Part shown: piece after piece, positions 23,404-33,121 of the stretch
How the letters are laid out: each line of letters begins with the position of its first letter
How positions within the stretch are numbered: position 1 is the first letter of the stretch
Assembly (NCBI GenBank): GCA_000004985.1
Contig: GG738853.1
DNA: 64,000 nucleotides
Reading direction: 5' to 3' (one strand)
DNA from: Naegleria gruberi
Lineage: Eukaryota
Notes under the pieces: model-generated
Told to the model about the DNA's origin: nothing
Database searches by the model: none
What the model saw: the letters and a program-made list of their open reading frames with translations, nothing else
Position numbers and translations under genes: made by a program

Positions 23404-24999
23404 TTATTTTGAATTATTCACAACAGCAATCTCAGTTGAGGTTGACTTCTTTTTAGTGGAAGCTCCACTATTATCTAAACTTGTAATACCAATTACATCA
23501 GGAATTACAGGATTACTTGATGGGAGAGTTGTTTGAGTAATTTGTAATGGTTGCTTAATTTCAGATGATTCAAGAGCAGCAGGTTGTTCAGTAGATGCTG
23601 TTATAGCAGCTTGTTCCTCTGGTTTTTCTTCTGGTTTCTTTTCTTCTGTTGGTTTTTCTCCTTCAGGTGCAGGTTGTTCAGATGTTTGTTCTGGTGCATT
23701 TGGTGGTGGATGATAGAACCATGTTGGAGTTAATGAAACTTTAAGAGCTTCCCAAAGAGCAAATCCAGCATCATGTCGAACTTTTTGATTGGACAAAATT
23801 CCAGTAACAAACACTTCAGCATGTTGTTGAACATTTTGATCATCCATTACATTGTGAACAGTGTGCATTCCCAATTCTGATCCACTTTGTTTTACAACAT
23901 CATATAAAATTACAGAGGCAAATAGGTCTGCAACATGTTGTCTGAAAGCTTCATCTTTAAGTGCATTATTCAATAAAATAACCAAGTGATCTTTTGTTTC
24001 TGGTTTATCAATAATTTTCCAAGCAAATTCTGAAGCTACTTGTATAGTATATTCGTCTCGTAAAAGGTATAACGCTATTCTTTCTTTAGCAAATTGTGAA
24101 ACATATTCTTGAGTGATTGGATCTTGAAGAACTTGTAATAAAAGAGTAACTAGTAATTGTTGAGTTTCCTTTCTAGAAATTAAATCTTTCAAAAAATTGA
24201 CAGCATGTTCAGTAGTCTTTGCATCACTTAATACTTGTTGAACTACTGCCTTACTGAGTACTTCTGCACTCATTTGAACACTTTCTGATCCTAAAGATCT
24301 AGAGGCCACATCAGCACCATGTTGACTGAAGAAATTCTTAATATCTTCACTAAATAAGAAAATGAAAACAGCAAGACCAAGTGATGTTGTAACTAAAACT
24401 CTAAATGTTGAATAACCTCTTCTCTTTAACATCATATCCAATTCATTGGCTAAATTTCTAATTTTTTGTGTGTAAAAGTGATGTTCAGGATTGACCACAG
24501 CAGGAGGAACAGGATCACGAATTTGTGATGTCGGATTAGTAACAATTGGTTGTTGTTGCTGTGTTTCACCAATATTAGATTCTGTTATTGGTGGTGGTGT
24601 TGTTGTTGTTGATGTGGTTGGTGGTGTTGTTGTAGATGATTCATTCGTAGATGATGGTGATGTAATTTGTTCATCAACATTTGTTTTGATCTTTTCTTCT
24701 TCAAGAGGTGTAGAATTCACTTCTAAAGGCTTTTCTGTATTATTGTTAGATTTACTATCATCATTAGATAAATTTGATGAAGTAAAAGCAGGTTGTTTCT
24801 TTCTTGCTGAATTGACAATACAAATATGAAAGCCTTTTCTATTAATCATGTTCGGAACATTGAAATCACATAATGATGATTTCAAAGATCCTCCAAATCG
24901 CCCTCCTCCAACAATTGGACGATGAATTATCAATGATGAAGAAAAACTTGGAGCTGATTTCAATTTTCTTGCTAAGAATCGTGCGGCAAGTTTTTTCAT
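23404..24999 (-). CDS. Hypothetical 531-aa protein with a basic, presequence-like N-terminus, a T/S/P-rich linker, one TM helix and an acidic K/E/P-rich C-terminus.
   Basis: Long ORF with an A-rich start context. No recognised domain. Confidence 0.55.
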   Translation of the reverse strand: MKKLAARFLARKLKSAPSFSSSLIIHRPIVGGGRFGGSLKSSLCDFNVPNMINRKGFHICIVNSARKKQPAFTSSNLSNDDSKSNNNTEKPLEVNSTPLEEEKIKTNVDEQITSPSSTNESSTTTPPTTSTTTTPPPITESNIGETQQQQPIVTNPTSQIRDPVPPAVVNPEHHFYTQKIRNLANELDMMLKRRGYSTFRVLVTTSLGLAVFIFLFSEDIKNFFSQHGADVASRSLGSESVQMSAEVLSKAVVQQVLSDAKTTEHAVNFLKDLISRKETQQLLVTLLLQVLQDPITQEYVSQFAKERIALYLLRDEYTIQVASEFAWKIIDKPETKDHLVILLNNALKDEAFRQHVADLFASVILYDVVKQSGSELGMHTVHNVMDDQNVQQHAEVFVTGILSNQKVRHDAGFALWEALKVSLTPTWFYHPPPNAPEQTSEQPAPEGEKPTEEKKPEEKPEEQAAITASTEQPAALESSEIKQPLQITQTTLPSSNPVIPDVIGITSLDNSGASTKKKSTSTEIAVVNNSK

Positions 25000-25109
25000 T
25001 TTTTTGCTTTTTGGCGAATTTTATTTTTGGAATTTGCAATCAAAATGCAAGTTGAGTGGAGGAGGAATGGAGAATTTCAATCATTCAAGTCATGAATGGT
25101 CAATTAGTG

Positions 25110-26825
25110 TTAATCTTTCAAAGATGTAATGAAGGATGCAAATTCTGTATTGGAATTTTTCAATCTTTCGAATAAATCGGTCATGTCAATCAGACAATGT
25201 TGTTGAATTTTGTGAAATAGATTGGCAGGTGGTTTTTCAGTTAGTTGGGAAGTTATTTCAGAATTACATTGTTCAATTTTTGGAATGTTGAGCTCTAGGG
25301 GACTATTAATTGATAAGTACACTTGTAAAATGTGATTTGCAATCTTTTTTCTGTTTTTGGTTGACCTTTTGTATCTTTGAATATCTTTCCAACATTGTAA
25401 ACTCTCAGTGCAATAACTTCTTCTTGCAAAATCCAACATTATTTTAAACATCTTCTTATTTTTCAAAACTTTTTCAATATTTGATTCATTACTTTCATTG
25501 GAATTCAATTTTGTGTAATCGAAATAAATTGATCGAATTACTGGTATTGTACAACACATAAATAATTCAAAATACATGTAACCCCAAATGAAAAACCCAT
25601 AGGGAACATAATAATCTACCAATTCAGATATTACCTCAATACTTCCACATATAATAAATAATATTGCTGAGAGTAATTGAACTATGGTTACAATAAATGA
25701 TTCCTTCTTAATTCCCCACGTATCCTTATCTGCCTTAACACACAATGCAAGAAATATCAATTCCAAAATGACATAGCCAACTACCTCCAATCCAATAGTT
25801 AGAACAGTATAGAAAGTCATTGAACATCCATGTCTGAATTCAAACATACTCGATTCAACCACAAATATTCGATTGTTAGAATTGGAATTGAGTGCTTCAT
25901 CAATTCCTCCAAGAATGGCCCAAATAATAAATCCAAATATAAATGAACATAAATAAACTGTTCCCATAAATTTTGTACTGACTAGAAAATTGTAAATTTG
26001 TAATTTTCTCATTTCCTTTTTTAGAGAAGCCATATCTTTAACATCAGCAGCTGACCATGTTGTTGAAATAGTGTCATTATCTAAATCATCAGTACTGGCA
26101 CTAGATGTTCTATTAGATGAACCTCCATCAGAATGATATGATGAATTTTCAACTGGTTGTTGATGCTCATTATTTCCTTTGATAGTATTGGAAACTTCTT
26201 GTAAATTGACTCCATGTACTTGAAATGAATCCATTTTTGTAATGACAAGTTCTGCTCCACTATTTGGTGGTAAGCTTTCAATAGATTCCAATGTTAATTG
26301 TTGATCCACTAATTCATGTTTCTTTGATTCTGAATCAATTGTATTCGATTCAAATAGTTTCGTCTTGGTTAAATTAATCTTGTACATGAAGAAAGCTCTC
26401 ATAAATCTAAATATTAATGGCAATGCAATCGCCTGTGGGAATGTAAAGAAGCCAATTGTCATCAAACCACATGGAAATGTCTTGCTCGACACTATTCTCC
26501 TCAATGTCAACACAACAACAAACCAAATCGAAGCTCCCAAAGTAAAAAACAAATAAACTGGATTCCTAGCACTAACATAACTACTATTCCTCTTCCATAT
26601 TACTCCCAACAATGAAAAAACCAGTGTTATCAAATAAACTATTAGAAACGTTAATGTAATTGCGAAGGAAAAATAAGTGTCTGGACAAAGTCCATAATTT
26701 AAAGTTGCATTTGATGATTCCCTGCTCCAGGGCGTATTCATAAGTGAAGGATGACATCTACTAGCGTTTTGATTGTTATTATTGATTAATTGAAGAACAG
26801 AGAAGAGATTGTTAAATGGCGACAT
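25110..26825 (-). CDS. Seven-transmembrane receptor fused to a C-terminal RGS domain, in the style of fungal class VI GPCRs (GprK) or plant AtRGS1.
   Basis: Seven hydrophobic helices are followed by an RGS box: FKIMLDFARRSYCTESLQCWKDIQRYK...ILQVYLSINSPLELNI...FHKIQQHCLIDMTDLFERLKNS. Confidence 0.75.
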   Translation of the reverse strand: MSPFNNLFSVLQLINNNNQNASRCHPSLMNTPWSRESSNATLNYGLCPDTYFSFAITLTFLIVYLITLVFSLLGVIWKRNSSYVSARNPVYLFFTLGASIWFVVVLTLRRIVSSKTFPCGLMTIGFFTFPQAIALPLIFRFMRAFFMYKINLTKTKLFESNTIDSESKKHELVDQQLTLESIESLPPNSGAELVITKMDSFQVHGVNLQEVSNTIKGNNEHQQPVENSSYHSDGGSSNRTSSASTDDLDNDTISTTWSAADVKDMASLKKEMRKLQIYNFLVSTKFMGTVYLCSFIFGFIIWAILGGIDEALNSNSNNRIFVVESSMFEFRHGCSMTFYTVLTIGLEVVGYVILELIFLALCVKADKDTWGIKKESFIVTIVQLLSAILFIICGSIEVISELVDYYVPYGFFIWGYMYFELFMCCTIPVIRSIYFDYTKLNSNESNESNIEKVLKNKKMFKIMLDFARRSYCTESLQCWKDIQRYKRSTKNRKKIANHILQVYLSINSPLELNIPKIEQCNSEITSQLTEKPPANLFHKIQQHCLIDMTDLFERLKNSNTEFASFITSLKD

Positions 26826-26959
26826 TTTTTTCTTGAATGAACTTGTGATGACAATTCCCTAAATGGATGACAGCTAGTCCAAATTAGTATATTTATGTCA
26901 ATTTGCCATTATAAAACATACGACAATGGTTGTAAAGATATTAATAATATATTAATATA

Positions 26960-27258
26960 TTTACAGTTAATTTTATTGAATTGAAATTGCTTCAACTCTT
27001 GCTTTATTTTCCTTCATCTGAAAGAGAAGCTTTAAGTATTTCCAAATCAAGCGAACCCTTTGGAAATCTGAAAGATTTAGAGAATTGGAAATGACCATTT
27101 TCTGTTTTCTTTTCAGCACTAATTGTAATCAAATCACCAAGTGAATTTTCCTTAATCTTTACCTCAATATCTTTCTTTTCAAACACATCTCTTGGAATGT
27201 TATTAATATCAAGTGAGAGCTCATCCATCTTGATTAATAGTTCTAATCACAAATGGAA
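26960..27258 (-). pseudogene. Degenerate duplicate of the sHSP gene at 29044..29337, carrying a roughly 45-nt internal deletion and a premature stop.
   Basis: About 95% nucleotide identity to 29000..29362 across the ATG and the first 60 codons. The copy then reads LDLEILKASLSDEGK-stop instead of LDLDKVKATLSDEGTLSVKIPR.... Homology resumes in the 3' flank. The 5' homology ends at tgtgattag, 25 nt upstream of the ATG. Confidence 0.6.
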
Positions 27259-27615
27259 ACGGACTTTTCGTCAACCTGTATGAAAGAAATGATCAAGACT
27301 TTCAGGGGATATGGTATTAAAGAGTAAGCGATTTACAGATAAAATCTCATTGGCGAAAATCGTAGTTATCATTCGCATTGTAAAAATGGCAAAAGAAGAA
27401 CAATGAACAGTAGAATGGGATTGACCAAATATGTATTCAATACCAAAGTTGTTGTTTACAATGAGATTGTTCTAAATAGTTTCAAATATGTTTAGTATAA
27501 TTAGCAAGGTACGACTAGATTACAACAGTTTGCCTTCCTTTTTAGAGAAACAAAATAATCATCGGTTGACATTTACTTATCAAAAAAACTGAGCAAACTA
27601 TTTACCATCGTTTTT

Positions 27616-28155
27616 GTGGTCGGCATTTCTTTGTGTTGCGCCACTCTACTTGCAGCCTGTTCCTTCTTCATTGCTTCAATAGTTGTCAATTCAACTGCAG
27701 ATAAATTACAGGAAGAATTCTTCGACATTGTCAATGTTAAGATTACAGCCAAAATTGTCAATGTTTTCAATAATTGTAAAACCTATAGAAGAGAGACAGA
27801 ATGTTATCCAATTGTTCGAATGGTTGATTTCTATCCATTCCAAATAGAAAATGTTACAAACCCAAACAGCAATAACACAGTTACGAGAGCAACAACCATG
27901 GCCACATCCAATCTTTCAAAACTAAAAGTGGATGAGATTATTTCTCTCTACATTGAAGTGAATACAACACCATCCACAAGTTCTAAAATTACATGGAAGA
28001 AGGTAATGTATGAAAAACCTGGAAATCCAAAATATGATGAATATCAATACTACAAGGCCGTTTTTAGCCCACTTCTTTATATCATGCTGGCTTTATTTTG
28101 TCTTACTTTTATTTTCTTGTTTCTTCTTTTTGGTCTTATGTTTGCAAGCAGATAA
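27616..28155 (+). CDS. Hypothetical small membrane protein ORF with N- and C-terminal hydrophobic segments. It has no ATG start (GTG only).
   Basis: ORF of 179 aa. The only in-frame ATG is internal. It overlaps an antisense ORF. Confidence 0.15.
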   Translation: MVGISLCCATLLAACSFFIASIVVNSTADKLQEEFFDIVNVKITAKIVNVFNNCKTYRRETECYPIVRMVDFYPFQIENVTNPNSNNTVTRATTMATSNLSKLKVDEIISLYIEVNTTPSTSSKITWKKVMYEKPGNPKYDEYQYYKAVFSPLLYIMLALFCLTFIFLFLLFGLMFASR

Positions 28156-28622
28156 GACCATTAAATTAGAGTGTATTCGGAATCAGGGTTGGTCTTTTTT
28201 GATGAATTAAAGTCTTGATCACAATAAAGGTGATTCATTATGCATAATTACTTATCCTATAATCTAGATAATCCGAGTGTCCTATTTCATTAATTATTCC
28301 TTCTATTTCTTCTGAAATAAATTTGACAATTCCGTTGTTCAATGTTTAGATGAACTTTAACCGCCAACAATTTAACAATATTTTAACTTAAAAAAAGTCA
28401 TTGTTTCATGTTCGATCCAGCTGAAGAGCTACGAAAAATCATCCAACGACTGAACCAAAGGCTAAAAAAAGGAAACTCCATGATGTAATTAATAACCATG
28501 AATTTTTAGAACAAATGAAAGAATAATTGGGATGCACTATTGGTGAGATAATCAACTATTCCAAAAATATTAATTCTACAAGGGAATAATTTAATGACCT
28601 TTTAATAGAACTTATTTTGCAT

Positions 28623-28922
28623 ATGAAAGACCCGTCGATTAAGACTAGATGGTCAGTCGAAGAATGTATTACACGCTTAAAATCCCAATACAAAACAGAG
28701 CTAAAGACAAGGGTTGATCAAAAGGAAAAGTATAGGGATAGGGTGGATAAATTTAAAAAAACAAATCTATTGTTGATAAAGCACTATTTCAATAAACTTG
28801 ACAGAAACAGAACATTCTATGATTTCACCATCATCCAATGGTCCAAAAGTTTACTGTCTTTCCGTATAAAGGGACAATTTGGTTACAGCAGTTGGCAAAT
28901 ATTGTTAAAAGGATATCAATGA
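28623..28922 (+). CDS. Short ORF with a Myb/SANT/MADF-like W-x-EE-x-L motif, possibly a transposon-derived remnant, lying between the two sHSP copies.
   Basis: Sequence MKDPSIKTRWSVEECITRLKSQYKTEL.... GC content here is higher than in the flanks. Confidence 0.2.
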   Translation: MKDPSIKTRWSVEECITRLKSQYKTELKTRVDQKEKYRDRVDKFKKTNLLLIKHYFNKLDRNRTFYDFTIIQWSKSLLSFRIKGQFGYSSWQILLKGYQ

Positions 28923-29043
28923 ACAAGATTGAAAGCAAGTGTTTCTACTAAGGTAGTTTCAGAAATTGTGGAAATTTACGAAACCGTTGAACCAATTGAC
29001 CCAAATACGAAATTGGTTGTACAGACAATAGTTTCAGTTAATG

Positions 29044-29337
29044 TCATTCAATTGAAATTTCTTTAACTCTTTCTTTAATTTCTGGTTCATCAATTCTTGG
29101 AATTTTCACACTCAAAGTTCCTTCATCTGAAAGAGTTGCTTTAACTTTATCCAAATCAAGCGAACCCTTTGGAAATCTGAAAGATTTAGAGAATTGGAAA
29201 TGACCATTTTCTGTTTTCTTTTCAGCACTAACTGTAATCAAATCACCAAGTGAATTTTCCTTAATCTTTACCTCAATATCTTTCTTTTCAAACACATCTC
29301 TTGGAATATTATTAATATCAAGTGAGAGCTCATCCAT
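29044..29337 (-). CDS. Small heat shock protein of the alpha-crystallin domain (HSP20) family.
   Basis: The ACD reads IPRDVFEKKDIEVKIKEN...GHFQFSKSFRFPKGSLDLDKVKATLSDEGTLSVKIPR and contains the G-x-L motif. Confidence 0.75.
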   Translation of the reverse strand: MDELSLDINNIPRDVFEKKDIEVKIKENSLGDLITVSAEKKTENGHFQFSKSFRFPKGSLDLDKVKATLSDEGTLSVKIPRIDEPEIKERVKEISIE

Positions 29338-29950
29338 CTTGATTAATAGTTCTAATCACAGATGAAATTGGACCTCTACGTCTCAATGGCTTATCAGTAG
29401 ATGTTTCTCTCATTGAAGAACTTTCACTTGATGATGAAGATGAAGAGCTGATACTCTTTTGAGCATTATTATTCATAGAATTGAAAGAATTGGTATAATC
29501 TTCCCACCATTGATGATCATCAAAGAGGGAAGGCAACATGTTTGATCTTCTCATCATGTTATTCATTCTTCTTCTCATGGAATTGAAAGATTCATCAAAG
29601 TTAGAAAAAGGTGATGATTGAAACCATTGATTATCAAACCAATCATTCTGATATCCTTGGTTCAATCCTTTCATAACATTTTTCCAAATATTCTTCTTTG
29701 ATTTCTTCCTTGATAACTTTTTAGATTTCTCTTCTGTTTTAATATTTAATTGAGGATTTGATGAGGAAGAGTATTTACCAGATTGATCATGATCTGGTAA
29801 TGGTGTTGTTGATTGTCCCTCCTTCTCAACACGTACCTCTTCCTCTGCTGTTATAAGGGAAATATCCAAACAATAAACAATGAAGAGTACTGCAAGTAGA
29901 CTTGAAATGATTACTGTTGTTTTGAATTGTTGTTGATTAATCTTCATCAT
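29330..29950 (-). CDS. ORF for a signal peptide plus an S-rich, W/F-rich sHSP-type N-terminal region. It ends at 29330, which is +1 out of frame with and overlaps the ACD start codon at 29337. It is probably the 5' part of the same sHSP gene.
   Basis: Sequence MMKINQQQFKTTVIISSLLAVLFIVYC...WFDNQWFQSSPFSNFDESFNSM...HQWWEDY.... It carries the canonical A-rich start context (aaaatcataATGatg), whereas the ACD Met lacks one. Confidence 0.5.
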   Translation of the reverse strand: MMKINQQQFKTTVIISSLLAVLFIVYCLDISLITAEEEVRVEKEGQSTTPLPDHDQSGKYSSSSNPQLNIKTEEKSKKLSRKKSKKNIWKNVMKGLNQGYQNDWFDNQWFQSSPFSNFDESFNSMRRRMNNMMRRSNMLPSLFDDHQWWEDYTNSFNSMNNNAQKSISSSSSSSSESSSMRETSTDKPLRRRGPISSVIRTINQDG

Positions 29951-30008
29951 TATGATTTTCTTTTTGAGAATTGATATTCTATGAAGCAGTTGATGATCAA
30001 TTTATTGT

Positions 30009-30490
30009 ACTTCGGAATAAAACACGTATTATTGTTGTCTATTTTTAATACTTAACATTATGATTGGTAGGAGTAGAAAATCTCGAGTCTGGAACTTTGT
30101 TCGACAACTAAAAATAAACATTTTATTTAATTCATTTAAAAGGAAATTCTAAATTTCCCTTCCCTCCTTCTAAATTTGCTTGTTTTGTTGGATTCATTGT
30201 ATGTAGCAAGTGGTTGAGAAGGAGAGATTTGAGTGGATGAAGTTGTTGGTTTGGTTGAGAGAAGGATTTTGGTTTTCTACCCCTCTTCTTCTTGGTTGCT
30301 GTTAATCAATCCATTTGTTATTTAAATTCCGGTCTGACTTTTCCGGTCTGGTTTTTACTTCTAATTTCGGAATTAAAAATAGTCTATTTTTAATTTTTAA
30401 AATTTTATTTTTGGATGAGAGACCGGAAAATCTGGTCATTGACTCTGGCTTTTCTACTCCTACCTTATGATTATTTCTTATTCCGAAGTG
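30009..30490. mobile_element. MITE/foldback-like element with terminal and subterminal inverted repeats and nested internal inverted repeats.
   Basis: Left-end acttcggaataa (30009-30020) and ggtaggagtagaaaa (30066-30080) pair with ttttctactcctacc (30450-30464) and ttattccgaagt (30478-30489). Internally, ttccggtctg x2 pairs with gagaccggaaaatctgg. Confidence 0.35.
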
Positions 30491-30636
30491 AACAAAATTG
30501 GTCAATTAACAATTAAGGAATTATTAAAGTTCCGTAAGTTTTTAAATTAATTGCAGAGGAAGATACGCGGTGTTAAAATGAGAGGGTGGTAAAAACCTCC
30601 CAGCGATGGCTGTACAAAAAAACTCGGCTGATAATT

Positions 30637-30672
30637 AATACCTGCAGTATTTTAAAAATAAATACTGCAGGC
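30637..30672. repeat. Perfect 12-bp-stem palindrome containing a CTGCAG core (cctgcagtattt / aaatactgcagg).
   Basis: Read directly from the sequence. It lies about 290 bp beyond the 3' end of the minus-strand gene 30962..31851. Confidence 0.5.
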
Positions 30673-30825
30673 ACCTATTATTCCATGCCGGAAGATTATG
30701 TATTATTATGTATCAAATGATTATTATTTAATACAAATTGTTTGCTTCATTATGATTAAACATTAAACTAGGTTTTATTAATAATAAATACTGTTAATTT
30801 ATTCAACAAATAGTAATATATATAA

Positions 30826-30948
30826 ATAAACGTTAATATTTCAATAAACGTAAATAAACTTAAAAAGACGTTACTATTTGTAATTATTTGATATAAATAA
30901 ACGTAAATAAATGTAAATAAACGTAAATAAATGTAAATAAATGTAAAG
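30826..30948. repeat. Minisatellite of a 10-bp unit (taaataaacg / taaataaatg), about 5 clean copies plus degenerate copies.
   Basis: Read as aaataaacgtaaataaatgtaaataaacgtaaataaatgtaaataaatgtaaag, lying next to the gene's 3' end at 30962. Confidence 0.6.
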
Positions 30949-30961
30949 TCATGAAAATAGT

Positions 30962-31851
30962 TTATTTTTCTTCTGCAAAAAGCTTTTTCAATTCTTCTTT
31001 GATAGCAGCGTGTTCTATTTTATCTTGTATTTCTAGTTTCTCTCGTCTTTTAGTGATATAGGAAGATACTTTAATAGATAATGCCTCTATTTCACCGAAT
31101 TGGTTTTCTAACAATTCCATCTTTTTCTTATTTTCTGTAATAATCTTTTGATAAAATTGCATACAATACTCATAAAAACCTTCTTCTAGCTCAACTTTTC
31201 TTTTTAAAGCATCTCTTTCTTCTCTATCTGAAAGAATATCTGTTAATTCTTGTAAAAGTAATGAAGTTTCTGACATAGTATAATCGTTTTGTTCATTATC
31301 TGTCTTGATAGCTTTAACAGCTTTCTTTGATAATTCCTTCACATTAATTGCATCTACTTTTCTTTTGGTTGATGGAGATCTATTTACCAAAGTTTCGTCA
31401 CTGGTTGGAATTATGGTAGTGGTACTTGGTTTGTTAAGAAGAACTGTTGTTGGCGGGCTGCAATCAATAATAAATGACTCATTAACTTTAGAACTTTTCA
31501 TAGGAGTTCTTTCTATAATTGAAACTTGCTTATCATCATCACTTCTCCACAAATAATTACTTAAATTGCACATTCCTGAATCAATAAAGCATTCTACAGC
31601 ATCATTAATATCGCTGGAATACAAATTTCATTTGATGACTCCTTCTTATTCATTGAATCTTTTAATAAAGTTACTAGTGTTTCCGATTTAGAAAAGTGTA
31701 TTTGATTATTGATACAATTAACAATACACTTTCTAATCGATGAAGTTGTTGTTGTTGTTGTTGATGTTGTTGGGGTTGATGTTGTTGTTATTGATGAAGT
31801 TGTGTTTTGATGGTCCTGTTTTTGTTTTTTGCGTTTGGGTTGTTTAAGCAT
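30962..31851 (-). CDS. Hypothetical coiled-coil protein. A 5' ORF (31594..31851, with a T/S-rich N-terminus and an A-rich ATG context) overlaps the main ORF (30962..31624) in another frame. This means a frameshift or unusual junction near 31600-31625.
   Basis: The second ORF has no ATG (TTG only), and a stop lies just upstream in its frame. No canonical intron of plausible size joins the frames. Confidence 0.45.
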
Positions 31852-31861
31852 TTTTTTGACC

Positions 31862-31898
31862 CTGCAATAAATTTTTTATTTTTACTGCAGGGTCAAAA
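31862..31898. repeat. Imperfect palindrome gaccctgca...tgcagggtc with a CTGCAG core, abutting the A-rich Kozak of the gene start at 31851.
   Basis: Read as gaccctgcaataaattttttatttttactgcagggtc followed by aaaaaaaATG on the minus strand. Confidence 0.45.
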
Positions 31899-32008
31899 AA
31901 TACTTTGTTAGGTGAAACAGAAGTTGAAGTTGATTAATGTTATTGTTGAACTTGTTGATGTAAGTGATAATGATGGTATAGAAGTGATAGATTAAATGTT
32001 ATACTTTA

Positions 32009-33121
32009 TTAAAATGTTTCTTTATAGGTTCCATCATACCACAACTTCAAAGAAATCATTCCGAATGAAACTGTAACCAGTTGAGTGATTGAATTATGAG
32101 AAACACTTAATCTATAAACCATGTTTCGAACATGATCCCATCCTTCCATGAATTCCAATTGTCTATTGCAATGTTCATTAAACTCATTCAACTCCTCTCC
32201 TAAAAATGAATAATCATTGTCTTCGATAACTGGAAAACTGAAATCATTTGATGATGTACTACTTGTTGTTGATGTAGAATCGTTGAATATTGTTATTCCT
32301 TCCCCATCTTCAAATTCCGATTCATAATTATTATTATCTAAACTATATTGATTCAAAGTCCATCGTCCATTTCCGAATGTTGGTAAATATGGAAATTCAA
32401 ACACATATCTTGAAACATTTCCTTTTGTAAAACAGCCAATAGAATCGTATCCAAGAACCTTTCTACTTCTAATTGTACAATGTTCTCCATACATATCAAA
32501 GTAACTGGTAAATACATTTCTGGTACACTTTGAAACTGGCATACAGAATACAACTTTCTTGAATCCATTTGCTACTCTACCAATCATACGATCACAAATA
32601 TCCTTTTCCAATCTTTTCATTTCCAAAAAATGTAAGAAATCTTGTAGTTCATATTTGTTAAAGGTGAAAATCTTATCATCATCTGTATAACCGGAATAAA
32701 TTGATTCATGGTTAACATTATGTTGATTATTTTCAAGTGGAGAAGGAAGATATAATATTTTAGGTTCAATAGAAGTGAATGGATTATTGCCCTTTTTGAT
32801 TTGTTGCTTGTATATGAGAGATTTTTTAAAGATTGGAAAGTCATTTTCATCTCTAGGAAATTCTTCTTCTTCCTTCACTATGATGTTGTTGTTGTTGTTA
32901 TTGGTTAGCATTTGTTGTCTAGCCTTTTGTGTTGGCCATCTAACCATAGAAAGCTCCTCTCTATGCTTCTTGAATAAAGAGCGAAGTTTGAAAGAAGATG
33001 TACCAAGTACTTTAGCAGCTTGCTCTTGGCTTAAGTGAAGAACGGACTTCAGTTCATCCAATGTTAATTGCTTCTTCTTTGGTGAAGTTCCATCCAGTGG
33101 ATTGTAGTGAATGAAGGACAT
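32009..33121 (-). CDS. RWP-RK domain transcription factor. The track ORF extends to 33259 from a GTG; the first ATG is at 33121.
   Basis: RWP-RK box: LTLDELKSVLHLSQEQAAKVLGTSSFKLRSLFKKHREELSMVRWPTQKARQ. Confidence 0.6.
   Translation of the reverse strand: MSFIHYNPLDGTSPKKKQLTLDELKSVLHLSQEQAAKVLGTSSFKLRSLFKKHREELSMVRWPTQKARQQMLTNNNNNNIIVKEEEEFPRDENDFPIFKKSLIYKQQIKKGNNPFTSIEPKILYLPSPLENNQHNVNHESIYSGYTDDDKIFTFNKYELQDFLHFLEMKRLEKDICDRMIGRVANGFKKVVFCMPVSKCTRNVFTSYFDMYGEHCTIRSRKVLGYDSIGCFTKGNVSRYVFEFPYLPTFGNGRWTLNQYSLDNNNYESEFEDGEGITIFNDSTSTTSSTSSNDFSFPVIEDNDYSFLGEELNEFNEHCNRQLEFMEGWDHVRNMVYRLSVSHNSITQLVTVSFGMISLKLWYDGTYKETF

Noticed and set aside
28395-28425. A tRNA-like B-box (gttcgatcca).
   Set aside because: No acceptor, D or anticodon stem pairing in the flanks. 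It is an isolated motif match.
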